From an uncultured Aquimarina sp. (GTDB lineage Bacteria > Bacteroidota > Bacteroidia > Flavobacteriales > Flavobacteriaceae): 64,000 nucleotides of DNA. This document shows, in pieces, positions 10,770 through 21,084 of this stretch (position 1 is its first letter; every line of letters begins with the position of its first letter). The notes below the pieces were generated by a model. The model searched no databases. It was not told the origin of the DNA and was given only the letters and a program-made list of their open reading frames with translations. Position numbers and translations under genes: made by a program. Where the stretch lies: positions 23,385 to 87,384 of the forward strand of contig CALGLV010000012.1 of assembly GCA_937958985.1 (NCBI GenBank), read 5' to 3'.

Positions 10770-11783
10770 CTATTTATTGAATTTAGCAATATACCAATCG
10801 ATTGTTTTTACAATCCCTGTTTCAAAATTCTCATCGGCTTTCCACCCTAATTCATCTTCTATTTTAGTAGCATCAATTGCATAGCGCCTATCATGCCCTG
10901 CCCTATCCTCTACAAAGGTAATTAATGAATTGTATGAAAATTCTTGAGGTATTCTCTCATCTAAAATACTACATATTTTATTTACTATGTATAAATTGTC
11001 CTTCTCATTTCTTCCTCCAATATTATACACTTCTCCAGTAATTCCTTTATGGAATGCAATATCTATTCCTTTGCAATGATCTAAAACATATAACCAATCT
11101 CTGATATTTTTACCATCGCCGTATATTGGAATACTTTCTCCTGATAATGCTTTTCTGATAATAGTGGGTATTAATTTCTCGTTATGTTGCTTAGGACCAT
11201 AATTATTAGAACAGTTCGTAATTACAGTATTCATACCATAGGTATGGTGGTAACTACGAATTATCATATCACTGGAAGCCTTTGATGCACTATAAGGCGA
11301 ATTAGGGGCATAGGGTCTACTTTCTGTAAATAAACCTGTTTTTCCTAATGTTCCATAAACTTCGTCCGTAGACACATGTAAAAACCTACAGTCTTCATAG
11401 CCTGTTTTGTATTCAAATGGTTTGTTCATCCATTTTTTATAAGCAACATCAACTAATGTAAATGTTCCTGTGACATTAGTTTCAATAAAAACCCCAGGAT
11501 TTTTTATTGAATTATCTACATGAGATTCCGCAGCAAAATGCAAAACGCCTTTAATATCGTATTTTTCGAAGATTGATTCTACTAAATTTCTATCGCAAAT
11601 AGATCCTTCTATAAAAGTATATCGATCCTTTATTTTTTCTGAAATTTCAACATTATCTAAATTTGCTGCATACGTCAATGCATCTAAATTTATTAAATGA
11701 TAATCTGAATGTGTTTCTAAAAAATAACTTACAAAATTAGATCCTATAAATCCGGCTCCTCCTGTGACTAAAACTGACTTCAT
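10770..11783 (-). CDS. rfbB: dTDP-glucose 4,6-dehydratase
   Basis: VTGGAGFIGSNF, FAAESHVD, STDEVYG, YSASK; start moved to MKSVLV. Confidence 0.95.
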   Translation of the reverse strand: MKSVLVTGGAGFIGSNFVSYFLETHSDYHLINLDALTYAANLDNVEISEKIKDRYTFIEGSICDRNLVESIFEKYDIKGVLHFAAESHVDNSIKNPGVFIETNVTGTFTLVDVAYKKWMNKPFEYKTGYEDCRFLHVSTDEVYGTLGKTGLFTESRPYAPNSPYSASKASSDMIIRSYHHTYGMNTVITNCSNNYGPKQHNEKLIPTIIRKALSGESIPIYGDGKNIRDWLYVLDHCKGIDIAFHKGITGEVYNIGGRNEKDNLYIVNKICSILDERIPQEFSYNSLITFVEDRAGHDRRYAIDATKIEDELGWKADENFETGIVKTIDWYIAKFNK

Positions 11784-11785
11784 TC

Positions 11786-12643
11786 TTATAATTTTTCTAA
11801 ACAAATTCGAAGAGAATCTTTCCAATAAGGAATTTCTAAATCAAATTCTTTTTTAATTTTTTCTTTATCTAAAACACTATAATGTGGTCTCGTAGCTTTT
11901 GTTGGATATGCAGATGAAGGGATTGCCGAAACATTGCATGAAATATCTTTTATATCAAATATAGCTTTGGCAAAATCATACCAACTACACACTCCCTCAT
12001 TGGTATAGTGATAAATCTCAACTGTTTTTGTTGCTATATTTGGTAAAACATCCAAAATAGCTTTTGCTAAATCACGTGCATATGTTGGGCTGCCTATTTG
12101 ATCGTAAATAATGCCTAATTGCTCGCGCTCTTGACCTAAACGAAGCATTGTTTTTACAAAATTTGATCCAAATTCTGAATACACCCAAGCCGTTCTTATA
12201 ATTATGGTATTAGTAAGTTCTAAGTCAATTAAAGACTGCTCTCCTTCTAACTTTGTTTTTCCATAAACACTTTTCGGACTTGTATTTTCATCTACGGAAT
12301 AAGGTAAAAATGCAGTCCCATTAAAAACATAATCAGTAGAAATATGTACTAATTTTAAATCAAATTTCTTAGCTATCCTACCTAAATTAGTTACTGATTG
12401 GTGATTAATTAAATCTGCCGTAGTAATATCATCTTCTGCCTGATCGACCGCTGTGTAAGCGGCACAATTTATAATAGCAGAAATATGATGTTGTTGAATA
12501 AATAATTCTACAGCATTAAAATCTGTAATATCTAGAGTTGCTCTATTTGCAAAAACAAATGAATAGTGTTTATAATCAGAACTTAATGCTTTTATTTCCT
12601 GGCCCAATTGCCCATTAGCTCCCGTAACTAAGATATTACTCAT
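11786..12643 (-). CDS. rfbD: dTDP-4-dehydrorhamnose reductase
   Basis: GANGQLG, AAYTAVD, HISTDYVF, YGKTK; start moved to MSNILV. Confidence 0.95.
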   Translation of the reverse strand: MSNILVTGANGQLGQEIKALSSDYKHYSFVFANRATLDITDFNAVELFIQQHHISAIINCAAYTAVDQAEDDITTADLINHQSVTNLGRIAKKFDLKLVHISTDYVFNGTAFLPYSVDENTSPKSVYGKTKLEGEQSLIDLELTNTIIIRTAWVYSEFGSNFVKTMLRLGQEREQLGIIYDQIGSPTYARDLAKAILDVLPNIATKTVEIYHYTNEGVCSWYDFAKAIFDIKDISCNVSAIPSSAYPTKATRPHYSVLDKEKIKKEFDLEIPYWKDSLRICLEKL

Positions 12644-13208
12644 ATAAATCTGTTTTATAATCAAATAAATCTTTTGCCTCTTTCAACAAGGGTTGATTTT
12701 TATCTTTGTCCGATAATATCAATTTTGACTCTTCTAGTTTCCAATCTATTGCTAAATCCGGATCATTAAATAATATACCTCGATCATGTTTAGGACTGTA
12801 ATAATTATCACATTTATAAGAAAATATTGCGCTTTCTGAAGTAACTACAAAACCATGGGCAAAACCCCTAGGAACAAATAGCTGTTTTTTATTTTCACCC
12901 GTTAACTCAACGGCAACATGCTTTCCAAATGTAGGAGAACCTTTGCGGATATCAACAGCTAGGTCAATAACACTACCCTGAATTACACGAACCAATTTAG
13001 ATTGGCAATGCGGAGCTAATTGATAATGTAAACCTCTTAATACACCTAGCGATGACTTTGATTCGTTATCTTGAATAAAAGTTACTTGCTCGTATTTAGA
13101 TGGAAACTTTATTTTACTATAGCTTTCTATAAAATAACCTCTGTGATCTCCAAAAACTTCAGGTTCTATTACTAAAACATCTGGAATACTTGTTTCTGTA
13201 ACTTTCAT
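12636..13208 (-). CDS. rfbC: dTDP-4-dehydrorhamnose 3,5-epimerase
   Basis: FGDHRGYF, QDNES, GVLRGLHYQ, GFAHGF. Confidence 0.95.
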   Translation of the reverse strand: MKVTETSIPDVLVIEPEVFGDHRGYFIESYSKIKFPSKYEQVTFIQDNESKSSLGVLRGLHYQLAPHCQSKLVRVIQGSVIDLAVDIRKGSPTFGKHVAVELTGENKKQLFVPRGFAHGFVVTSESAIFSYKCDNYYSPKHDRGILFNDPDLAIDWKLEESKLILSDKDKNQPLLKEAKDLFDYKTDLYE

Positions 13209-14084
13209 TTATTTAATCGCTAAACGTTGTAAATACTTTCCGTATTCATTTTTAAGCAAAGATTTTGCTAATTCTTGCAACCTTTGTTTTGAAATATATC
13301 CTTGTTCAAATACAATTTCTTCCAAACAAGCAACTTTTAATCCTTGACGATTTTCTATTGTTTGTATAAAATTCGCTGCTTCTAGTAAAGAATCATGGGT
13401 ACCCGTATCAAACCAAGCATAGCCTCGTCCCATAAGCTCTACTTTTAATTGCTTCTTTTCTAAGTACACCTGATTAACTGTAGTTATTTCTAACTCCCCT
13501 CTTTTACTAGGCTTTATAGTTTTGGCGACTTTAACCACTGAATTTGGATAGAAATAAACACCTACTACTGCATAATTACTTTTTGCTACCTCTGGCTTTT
13601 CTTCTATACTAATAACTTCTCCTGTATCATTAAATTCAACCACTCCATAGCGTTCGGGATCATTAACATAATAACCAAAAACAGTAGCTGTGTCTTGATC
13701 TGTTACATTTTTAACTGATTTTGCTAATAATTCTGTAAGTCCATGTCCGTGAAAAATATTATCACCCAAAATCAAACAAACGTCATCGTTTCCTATAAAT
13801 TCTTCCCCTAATATAAAGGCTTCTGCTAAACCGTTAGGGTGTGCTTGAATCTTGTATTCAAAGCGTATTCCTAACTCACTACCATCGCCCAATAAACGTT
13901 GAAACATAGGCATATCTTCTGGTGTAGATATTATTAATATTTCTTTAATTCCGGCTAAAAGTAATACTGAGATTGGATAATAAACCATAGGCTTATTATA
14001 TATGGGCGTTAATTGCTTTGATACTCCCTTTGTTATTGGGTATAAACGAGTTCCACTGCCCCCTGCTAAAACGATTCCTTTCAT
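13209..14084 (-). CDS. rfbA: Glucose-1-phosphate thymidylyltransferase
   Basis: [33 protein letters not shown]. Confidence 0.95.
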   Translation of the reverse strand: MKGIVLAGGSGTRLYPITKGVSKQLTPIYNKPMVYYPISVLLLAGIKEILIISTPEDMPMFQRLLGDGSELGIRFEYKIQAHPNGLAEAFILGEEFIGNDDVCLILGDNIFHGHGLTELLAKSVKNVTDQDTATVFGYYVNDPERYGVVEFNDTGEVISIEEKPEVAKSNYAVVGVYFYPNSVVKVAKTIKPSKRGELEITTVNQVYLEKKQLKVELMGRGYAWFDTGTHDSLLEAANFIQTIENRQGLKVACLEEIVFEQGYISKQRLQELAKSLLKNEYGKYLQRLAIK

Positions 14085-14133
14085 TTGTTATTAATTACAG
14101 ATGCTAAATTACTATTTCATTATATCTTTTAAC

Positions 14134-14169
14134 AAAAAAATCTGACAAAGTTACCTCGGTCAGATTTTT
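14134..14169 (-). terminator. Intrinsic terminator after dnaN
   Basis: aaaaatctgac/gtcagattttt stem with U-tract on the minus strand. Confidence 0.6.
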
Positions 14170-14188
14170 CAGTTTATAAATATAAAGA

Positions 14189-15307
14189 CTAACTGTTTAA
14201 CATAACAGGCATTACAAGCATAGTTACTTTTTCTCCTTCTTCTACTCCATCAATAGGAGTTAAAATTCCAGCTCTATTAGGTAAAGACATTTCTAGCTGA
14301 ACTTCACTTGAATCTAAGTTATTCAACATTTCAACAAAAAAACGTGAATTAAATCCAATTTCCATGTCGTCACCTTGATACTCGCATGTTAAGCGTTCTT
14401 CGGCTTTATTAGAGTAATCAATATCTTCAGCTGAAATTTTTAATTCAGCTCCAGCAATTTTTAAACGAATTTGGTGTGTTGTTTTATTTGAAAATATAGA
14501 AACACGCCTAACAGAACTTAAAAACTGAGAACGTTCTATACTAAGCTTATTGGGGTTTTCCTTAGGAATAACAGCTTCGTAATTAGGATATTTACCATCT
14601 ATTAATCTACAAACCAATTCAATTTCATTAAAACTAAATTTAGCGTTCGAATCGTTATATTCTATAGATACATCGCTATCGACAGTTGCTAACATACCTT
14701 TCAATAAATTTAAAGGTTTTTTAGGCATTATAAATTCAGCAACTTTAGAAGCATGAACATCCGTACGTGTGTATTTAACTAATTTGTGAGCATCTGTAGC
14801 TACAAACGTTAATGACTCAGGTGAAAACTGAAAGAAAACACCACTCATTACCGGTCTTAATTCGTCATTACCCGATGCAAAAATAGTTTTGCTTATAGCT
14901 GTAGATAAAATAGCTGATGCTATTTGTGTTTCACTAGAGTCTTCTAAACTTACTGCTTTCGGGAATTCTTCTCCGTCGACATAAGCTAAAGCATATTTAC
15001 CATGATTTGAACTTATTTCAACCGTATTGTTTTCTTGCAATACAAATGTTAAAGGTTGTTCTGGAAACGTTTTTAATGTTTCTAACAACAATTTTGCAGG
15101 CATTGCTATATTAATTTTATCTTCAGACTCCACTTGTAGTTTACCTACAACTGTAGTTTCTAAATCCGATGCTGAAATCAATAAATCATTTCCATCTAAT
15201 TCAAATAAAAAATTATCTAAAATAGGTAATGCATTGTTGTTTCCTATTACTCCTCCTAACAGCTGTAACTGTTTTAATAAATAGGTACTTGAAACGATAA
15301 ATTTCAT
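14189..15307 (-). CDS. dnaN: DNA polymerase III beta sliding clamp
   Basis: LPILDNFL, ASDLE, VATDAHKL, GKYPNY, C-terminal LVMPV. Confidence 0.96.
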   Translation of the reverse strand: MKFIVSSTYLLKQLQLLGGVIGNNNALPILDNFLFELDGNDLLISASDLETTVVGKLQVESEDKINIAMPAKLLLETLKTFPEQPLTFVLQENNTVEISSNHGKYALAYVDGEEFPKAVSLEDSSETQIASAILSTAISKTIFASGNDELRPVMSGVFFQFSPESLTFVATDAHKLVKYTRTDVHASKVAEFIMPKKPLNLLKGMLATVDSDVSIEYNDSNAKFSFNEIELVCRLIDGKYPNYEAVIPKENPNKLSIERSQFLSSVRRVSIFSNKTTHQIRLKIAGAELKISAEDIDYSNKAEERLTCEYQGDDMEIGFNSRFFVEMLNNLDSSEVQLEMSLPNRAGILTPIDGVEEGEKVTMLVMPVMLNS

Positions 15308-15396
15308 TTAGTGTTTTTTTACTTTATTACAAATATAAAATGAATGACTTGGATCTGTTTATCCTAAAAACTTAGTTATTAACAAAGTTTTTAATA

Positions 15397-15624
15397 TTAG
15401 TCAAAGAAACTATTTAAAATTAATTTAATTCCTCTTAATATTAAAAATATTGCTAAAAACATCATTATTATTCCTACGGTTAATACTACAGGAAAAAAAG
15501 AATGGTCTTTATTCATAAAAGCATTATACAATAGTATGGGACCTAAAGCAACTGCTCCCAAAGACATTGCTAGAGTTTGCACTCCTTTTGCTAATACCTC
15601 TTTATTTGTGTTTTTGTTATTCAT
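15397..15624 (-). CDS. Small two-TM membrane protein (DUF6095-like)
   Basis: TNKEVLAKG, two hydrophobic helices, overlaps the murQ end. Confidence 0.65.
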   Translation of the reverse strand: MNNKNTNKEVLAKGVQTLAMSLGAVALGPILLYNAFMNKDHSFFPVVLTVGIIMMFLAIFLILRGIKLILNSFFD

Positions 15625-16438
15625 TGGACGAATTATAATTGTCTATTGCTTCGCGAACATTACCAAATTTAGTTATTAAATCGGTTGCTTTATTTTTTGA
15701 AATTCCAGTCGTATCCATAACCATTAATATAGCACGCTCAACCAGCTTGTCGTTACTTAATTGCATATCTACCATACGATTGCCTTTAACTTTACCGATA
15801 CCAATCATTGTGGCTGTAGAAATCATATTTAAAACCATTTTTTGAGCGGTTCCTGCTTTCATACGTGAGCTACCTGTCAAAAACTCTGGGCCCACTTCAA
15901 CTTCTATAGGAAATTGTGCTGCAATTGCCAATGGACTGTTAGGGTTACATGTTATACAAGCTGTTGCTATAGATTCAGAATTTGCTTTCTTTAAAGCTTC
16001 AATTACATAAGGTGTGGTACCTGAAGCTGCTATACCTACAACTAAATCTTTCGGTGAAATATTTTTTAATTGTAAATCTTCCCAACCATTTATAAGATTA
16101 TCTTCGGCATTTTCAACAGCATTACGGATAGCTTTATCACCTCCTGCAATTAATCCTTGTATTAAAGTTGGCGAAACTCCGAATGTAGGCGGACATTCAC
16201 TTGCATCTAAAATACCTAATCGACCACTTGTACCTGCACCGATATAAAAAACTCTACCTCCTTCTTTTAGTAATTTAATACAGGTATCGATTACTTTTTG
16301 AATTTGAGGCAATGCTTGTTCAACCGCTAGCGCTACTAATTTATCTTCATTATTAATATGTTGAATAATTTCTTTTGTAGTCATTAATTCTAAAGAAGAA
16401 TATTTAGACTCTTGCTCTGTTATTTTTTTAAATGACAT
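15617..16438 (-). CDS. murQ: N-acetylmuramic acid 6-phosphate etherase
   Basis: GAGTSGRLGILDASECPPTFG, GSSRMKAGTAQK. Confidence 0.95.
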   Translation of the reverse strand: MSFKKITEQESKYSSLELMTTKEIIQHINNEDKLVALAVEQALPQIQKVIDTCIKLLKEGGRVFYIGAGTSGRLGILDASECPPTFGVSPTLIQGLIAGGDKAIRNAVENAEDNLINGWEDLQLKNISPKDLVVGIAASGTTPYVIEALKKANSESIATACITCNPNSPLAIAAQFPIEVEVGPEFLTGSSRMKAGTAQKMVLNMISTATMIGIGKVKGNRMVDMQLSNDKLVERAILMVMDTTGISKNKATDLITKFGNVREAIDNYNSSNE

Positions 16439-16441
16439 ACG

Positions 16442-17293
16442 TTATTTTTGTGGATTTTCTTCGAAGTTTTCATTTTCAACCAATTGAACTCTTGATAAAT
16501 AGGTTTCACTAATTCTAAAATATCCAAAAGGAAAATTTTCTGAATTGGACGTATTAACAATGTTTCCTCGGGCTTGAAACGGAACTGTTGCAAAAGGGCC
16601 ATTACTATCACCACTGCTTAATTGCAATAATGCATCTGCAAATGTATTAAACCGTTTAGTAGATCCATGTATTTTAAACAAATGATCTAAGGTTACATTT
16701 TCATCAAAAAAATAAGTAAATTTTATTTCTTCACCATCAACAAAAAAATCATCATCTATTGTTATAAAATTGGCATCTCCTAAATCTAAAAAGTAAAAAT
16801 TCTCTTGGTTAGGTATGTCATTAAAAGTAATTTCAACAGCAATACCATCGTTTAACTGGCTTTCATTTTTAAGCTGACAAATAGAATTAAATGGAGTTGA
16901 AGAATTCAATTCAGCTTCGGATTCGTAAATTTCGTTATTATAATTAACCATTAGCTTATAGCTAACGTTTTCTTCTAAAATAAAGCTATTATCAAAAATA
17001 CTATAATTACCTAAACCGATATTTTCTAAGGTAAAAACATTGTTATTATTTAAGTTTGTTATGGAAACTATAGCTGTATTCACAAAATTATCTTCTTGAT
17101 TAAAAAAAGGAGTTGTCAAAGAAAGGTTAACTATAGCAACATCACGTATTAAATTCCCCTCGGGAGTAAGTTGTTTCTCAATAGCTGCATCAATAACTAA
17201 TCTTGGTGCTGCCTCGGGTAATTCAATATCTATAACATCCTCACAAGAGGATAGTACAAATAATAAAGAAAACAAAAACATTAAAAATTTCAT
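16442..17293 (-). CDS. DUF4249-family lipoprotein, partner of the TonB-dependent receptor
   Basis: LSS-CEDVID lipobox, RGNIVN...FPFGYFR C-terminus, directly downstream of the TBDR. Confidence 0.8.
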   Translation of the reverse strand: MKFLMFLFSLLFVLSSCEDVIDIELPEAAPRLVIDAAIEKQLTPEGNLIRDVAIVNLSLTTPFFNQEDNFVNTAIVSITNLNNNNVFTLENIGLGNYSIFDNSFILEENVSYKLMVNYNNEIYESEAELNSSTPFNSICQLKNESQLNDGIAVEITFNDIPNQENFYFLDLGDANFITIDDDFFVDGEEIKFTYFFDENVTLDHLFKIHGSTKRFNTFADALLQLSSGDSNGPFATVPFQARGNIVNTSNSENFPFGYFRISETYLSRVQLVENENFEENPQK

Positions 17294-17298
17294 AGTCT

Positions 17299-19677
17299 TT
17301 AAAATTTAAAATTATAGGTAACAGATGGCACAATACCAAAAATAGCTAATCGTGTAGCTTCATTTCTTTTGGTTTCAGAATTTTGAGAAAAGCTAATCGA
17401 TGCTGCATTTTTACGATTATAAATATTATAAATACCAAATACCCACTCACTCTTCCAATTTTTATCTTTTTTTGAATTTGGTGTATAGTTAAAAGCAACA
17501 TCCATTCGGTGGTAATTAGGTAACCTACTCGAATTACGCTCTTCAAAATCAGGAATAACAAGTTCACCAAAAAAAGAATATTGCCCAGAAGGAAATGTTG
17601 TTGGTAATCCCGATTGAAAATTGAATGACGCATTTATTTTCCATTGCTTAGAAAAACGATAAGATGAATTTATTGATAAATCGTGGGTTTTATCAAAATT
17701 AGTAACAAACCATTTACCATTATTTAAACCAGGCTCAATATCGGTTCTTCCTTCTATTTGTTGCTCTGTTCGTGATAATGTATAAGCTAACCAACCTTTA
17801 AAATTACCTTTGGTTTTCTGCAACAAAAACTCTAATCCGTAAGACCTACCCCTACCATTAAGCAATACCGATTCAATATTTTCGTTTGCGATAAGATTTG
17901 CCCCATCAATAAAATTAACCCTATTCTTTAGGTCTTTAAAGTAGGTTTCTATTGAAAAATTATAGGTTTCATCCTTTAAAGATTTAAAATACCCTAAGGC
18001 ATATTGATTACTTAATTGAGGTTTCACAAATGGTCCACTAGGCTCCCATATATCCAAAGGTGTAGGAGATGTTGTATTGGAAATTAAATGAATATATTGA
18101 GTTGTGCGCTGGTAACTAGCTTTTAAAGATGTTGTTTCATTTAAATTGTAAGAAAGACTAAAACGAGGTTCTAAATTCAGAAAATCACTTAATATTTCAC
18201 TTCGTGATGATGCTTGATTACTTAATATTTCTCCTTCCTCATAAATCCCCAAATTTTCATTAAAAACAACAGGTTTGTTATCTCGAAAAATAGGAATGCT
18301 ATCTTGACCGAAACGAATAAAACTACTAAGCCTTAAACCTGCATTAATATTTATTTTTTTACTTAATTTTGTTTCCGCTTCTATATAATAACCACTTTCG
18401 TAAGCTAACTTTTTTGTTAGTTGTTGCGATTTAATATTTGAATCGGCAGTATTAGGTTGAATTTTACCAGGATTAAAATCATAGAGTAATTGGTTGGTTC
18501 CGTATCTAAGTTTTGTTTCATTGTTTAGATAATGCACCAAATCATATTTGAAATTATAGTTTTCTATACCCGAATTCCATTCGAATCCTACAAAATCCAA
18601 TTCTAAATTATAGTCATATTTTGAATAAATTAAAGAAGCGTTTGAAAATAACTTATTTCCAAAAACGTGATTCCACCTTAAATTCACAAAACGATTGCCG
18701 TATTGATTTAAAAATTGATCGTCAATTGAAAAGAAATCATTCCCAAAATAAGCTGACAAATACAAACTATTATTATCGTTGATTCGGTGATTTAATTTCA
18801 AATTGAGATCATAAAACAACGCTTTACTATCAATATCTAACAAGGGTAGAAATAAATGTAAATAAGATGCTCTACCCCCTACTAAAAAAGAAGTTTGAGA
18901 TTTTTTAATAGGTCCCTCTACCAACAATCGGCTTGATAATAATCCTATACCACCCTCAGCGTGATATTCATTACTATTACCTTCACGTTGGTAAATATCT
19001 AAAACTGATGATATCCTTCCACCAAAGCGACTGGGGATACCTCCTTTATATAAAGTTAAATCTTTAATAGCATCCGGGTTAAAAATTGAAAATAGACCAA
19101 AAAGATGAGAAGAACTGAATAAAGTAACCTCGTCCAATAAAATAAGATTTTGATCGGCAGCGCCACCTCGTACATTAAAACCCGAAGCAGCTTCGCCAGC
19201 ATTTGTTACACCTGGCAATTGAAGTAAGGCTTTAATTACATCGACTTCGCCTAAAACAACAGGCAATTCTTTGATTGTTTTAATTGAAAGTTTATTCACA
19301 CTCATTTCAGAATTTTGAATATTAATCTGCTTAGGATCATTTTCAATAATTACTTCTGAAAGTATTTCTTCTGTTGGGCTTAAAAAAATATTTTGAGTAA
19401 TATCCGTTGTAGCATTAATTACTATATTTTGAGTTTCGTAACCTAAATAGGAATAATTAATTATATAATTTCCTTTAGGAATACTTAAAGAATAAAAACC
19501 ATATTGGTTAGTAACGACTCCTTTTAAAGTAGCGTTTTCGTATACAGAAACTCCTATTAAACTTTCATTACTCTTAGAATCGGAAATTAAACCACTAATA
19601 GTTATATTTTGTGCCTGTAATACTGTTAAAAAGAAAAGAAAAGAAAAAAATAAAGTAGCCTGTTTTTTTGAAAACAT
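17299..19677 (-). CDS. TonB-dependent receptor
   Basis: N-terminal CarboxypepD-like domain, plug GFNVRGG...HLFGLFSIFNPD, C-terminal YNFKF. Confidence 0.9.
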   Translation of the reverse strand: MFSKKQATLFFSFLFFLTVLQAQNITISGLISDSKSNESLIGVSVYENATLKGVVTNQYGFYSLSIPKGNYIINYSYLGYETQNIVINATTDITQNIFLSPTEEILSEVIIENDPKQINIQNSEMSVNKLSIKTIKELPVVLGEVDVIKALLQLPGVTNAGEAASGFNVRGGAADQNLILLDEVTLFSSSHLFGLFSIFNPDAIKDLTLYKGGIPSRFGGRISSVLDIYQREGNSNEYHAEGGIGLLSSRLLVEGPIKKSQTSFLVGGRASYLHLFLPLLDIDSKALFYDLNLKLNHRINDNNSLYLSAYFGNDFFSIDDQFLNQYGNRFVNLRWNHVFGNKLFSNASLIYSKYDYNLELDFVGFEWNSGIENYNFKYDLVHYLNNETKLRYGTNQLLYDFNPGKIQPNTADSNIKSQQLTKKLAYESGYYIEAETKLSKKININAGLRLSSFIRFGQDSIPIFRDNKPVVFNENLGIYEEGEILSNQASSRSEILSDFLNLEPRFSLSYNLNETTSLKASYQRTTQYIHLISNTTSPTPLDIWEPSGPFVKPQLSNQYALGYFKSLKDETYNFSIETYFKDLKNRVNFIDGANLIANENIESVLLNGRGRSYGLEFLLQKTKGNFKGWLAYTLSRTEQQIEGRTDIEPGLNNGKWFVTNFDKTHDLSINSSYRFSKQWKINASFNFQSGLPTTFPSGQYSFFGELVIPDFEERNSSRLPNYHRMDVAFNYTPNSKKDKNWKSEWVFGIYNIYNRKNAASISFSQNSETKRNEATRLAIFGIVPSVTYNFKF

Positions 19678-19812
19678 TAGTGTTTTTTAATAATTATTAA
19701 ATAGATGACTGATTAACAGATACTAATAGAAATAATTTTCACTCATCTATTTCAATTATGATATAATTTTTCATCAAAAAAAGATTTTTTAACAGCACAA
19801 AAATATTATTAT

Positions 19813-19843
19813 TTTGTGACAACTTCTTTTTAGGTTATCTTTG
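19813..19843 (+). promoter_or_regulatory. Bacteroidota primary-sigma promoter (-33 TTTG, 19 nt, -7 TATCTTTG) with no downstream protein gene
   Basis: TTTG at 19813-19816 and TATCTTTG at 19836-19843. Confidence 0.6.
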
Positions 19844-19847
19844 TTCG

Positions 19848-19960
19848 ACCATATTAAATTATGGTGAATTGATTTTAAGTTAGAGTTACTATTTTAGATT
19901 AAGCTCCAAAATTAGAATGATTTGTGTTGAAAAACGGAAGGTGGAGACCTTCCGTTTTTT
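19848..19960 (+). ncRNA. Candidate small RNA (about 110 nt)
   Basis: Consensus promoter upstream, 5' hairpin accata/tatggt, ends in a strong terminator; both flanking genes are on the minus strand. Confidence 0.4.
19930..19960. terminator. Bidirectional intrinsic terminator
   Basis: aaaaacggaaggt-ggag-accttccgttttt. Confidence 0.8.
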
Positions 19961-20999
19961 ATTTTATAAATTCAATTTTTGTAGTATTCTCTTCTCTTAC
20001 ACTATCAAAGAAACCTTGTTTACTCATCCATTCATCACTAAATACTTTACTTAAATATCTTGATCCATGATCTGGAAGTATAATCACAACTTTACTTTTC
20101 TTATCAAAAATACCTTGGGCTCCAAATTGTTTTAAACCCTGTATAGCTGCTCCACTAGTATATCCTAAAAACATACCTTCTTTTAAAACTAATTCGCGTG
20201 CTGTATGTGCACTATCTTCATCTGTAACTTTTATAAACTCATCAATTACATTAAAATCTGTAGCTGTAGGAATTAAATTTTTTCCAAGACCCTCAATTCT
20301 ATAAGGGTAAATTTCTTTTTCATCGAATTCTCTAGTTTCATGGTACTTTTTTAATACCGATCCAAAAGCATCTACACCTAAAATTTTAATATTTGGATTT
20401 TGCTCTTTTAAAAACCTAGCTGTTCCTGAAATTGTTCCTCCTGTTCCACTACAAGCAATTAAATGCGTTATTTGCCCTTTAGTTTGTTTCCATATTTCAG
20501 GACCTGTTGATTTATAATGAGCATCCATATTAAGCTCATTAAAATATTGATTAATATAAACTGAACCCTTAGTTTCCTCGTGAAGTCTTTTAGCTACTTG
20601 ATAATAGGATCTAGGGTCATCTGCACTAACGTTAGCAGGGCAAACATAAACTTTAGCGCCCATATTTTTTAACGTATCAATTTTATCTTTTGAAGATTTA
20701 GATGATACTGCTAAAATACAGTTATATCCTTTTATGATACTCACCATAGCTAAACTAAAACCAGTGTTTCCGCTAGTAGTTTCTATAATAGTATCTCCAG
20801 GTTTAAGAATTCCTTTTTTTTCTGCTTCTTCAATTATATAAAGAGCTATTCTATCTTTAGTAGAATGTCCAGGATTAAAGGATTCTATCTTAGCGTAAAA
20901 ACTACCCTCGATACCTTCAGTTATCCTATTTAGCTTAACTAAAGGCGTATTACCTATTAGTTCTAATATATTATTGTAAGCTTGTATATCTTCTGTCAT
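19959..20999 (-). CDS. PLP-dependent cysteine synthase / cystathionine beta-synthase family protein
   Basis: [28 protein letters not shown]. Confidence 0.9.
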   Translation of the reverse strand: MTEDIQAYNNILELIGNTPLVKLNRITEGIEGSFYAKIESFNPGHSTKDRIALYIIEEAEKKGILKPGDTIIETTSGNTGFSLAMVSIIKGYNCILAVSSKSSKDKIDTLKNMGAKVYVCPANVSADDPRSYYQVAKRLHEETKGSVYINQYFNELNMDAHYKSTGPEIWKQTKGQITHLIACSGTGGTISGTARFLKEQNPNIKILGVDAFGSVLKKYHETREFDEKEIYPYRIEGLGKNLIPTATDFNVIDEFIKVTDEDSAHTARELVLKEGMFLGYTSGAAIQGLKQFGAQGIFDKKSKVVIILPDHGSRYLSKVFSDEWMSKQGFFDSVREENTTKIEFIK

Positions 21000-21084
21000 A
21001 AAAATATAAGTGTTGCCTAAACGTATGTAGAATATTTACATATTTAGAATTTAGGACAAAGCAAAAGTACATATTTTTTGTTTA

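Noticed and set aside
19678-19800. Cobalamin/TPP riboswitch ahead of the TonB receptor; 10-bp inverted repeat aaatagatga/tcatctattt (19699-19752)
   Set aside because: No riboswitch consensus; the repeat is AT-rich with a 34-nt spacer and cannot be assigned
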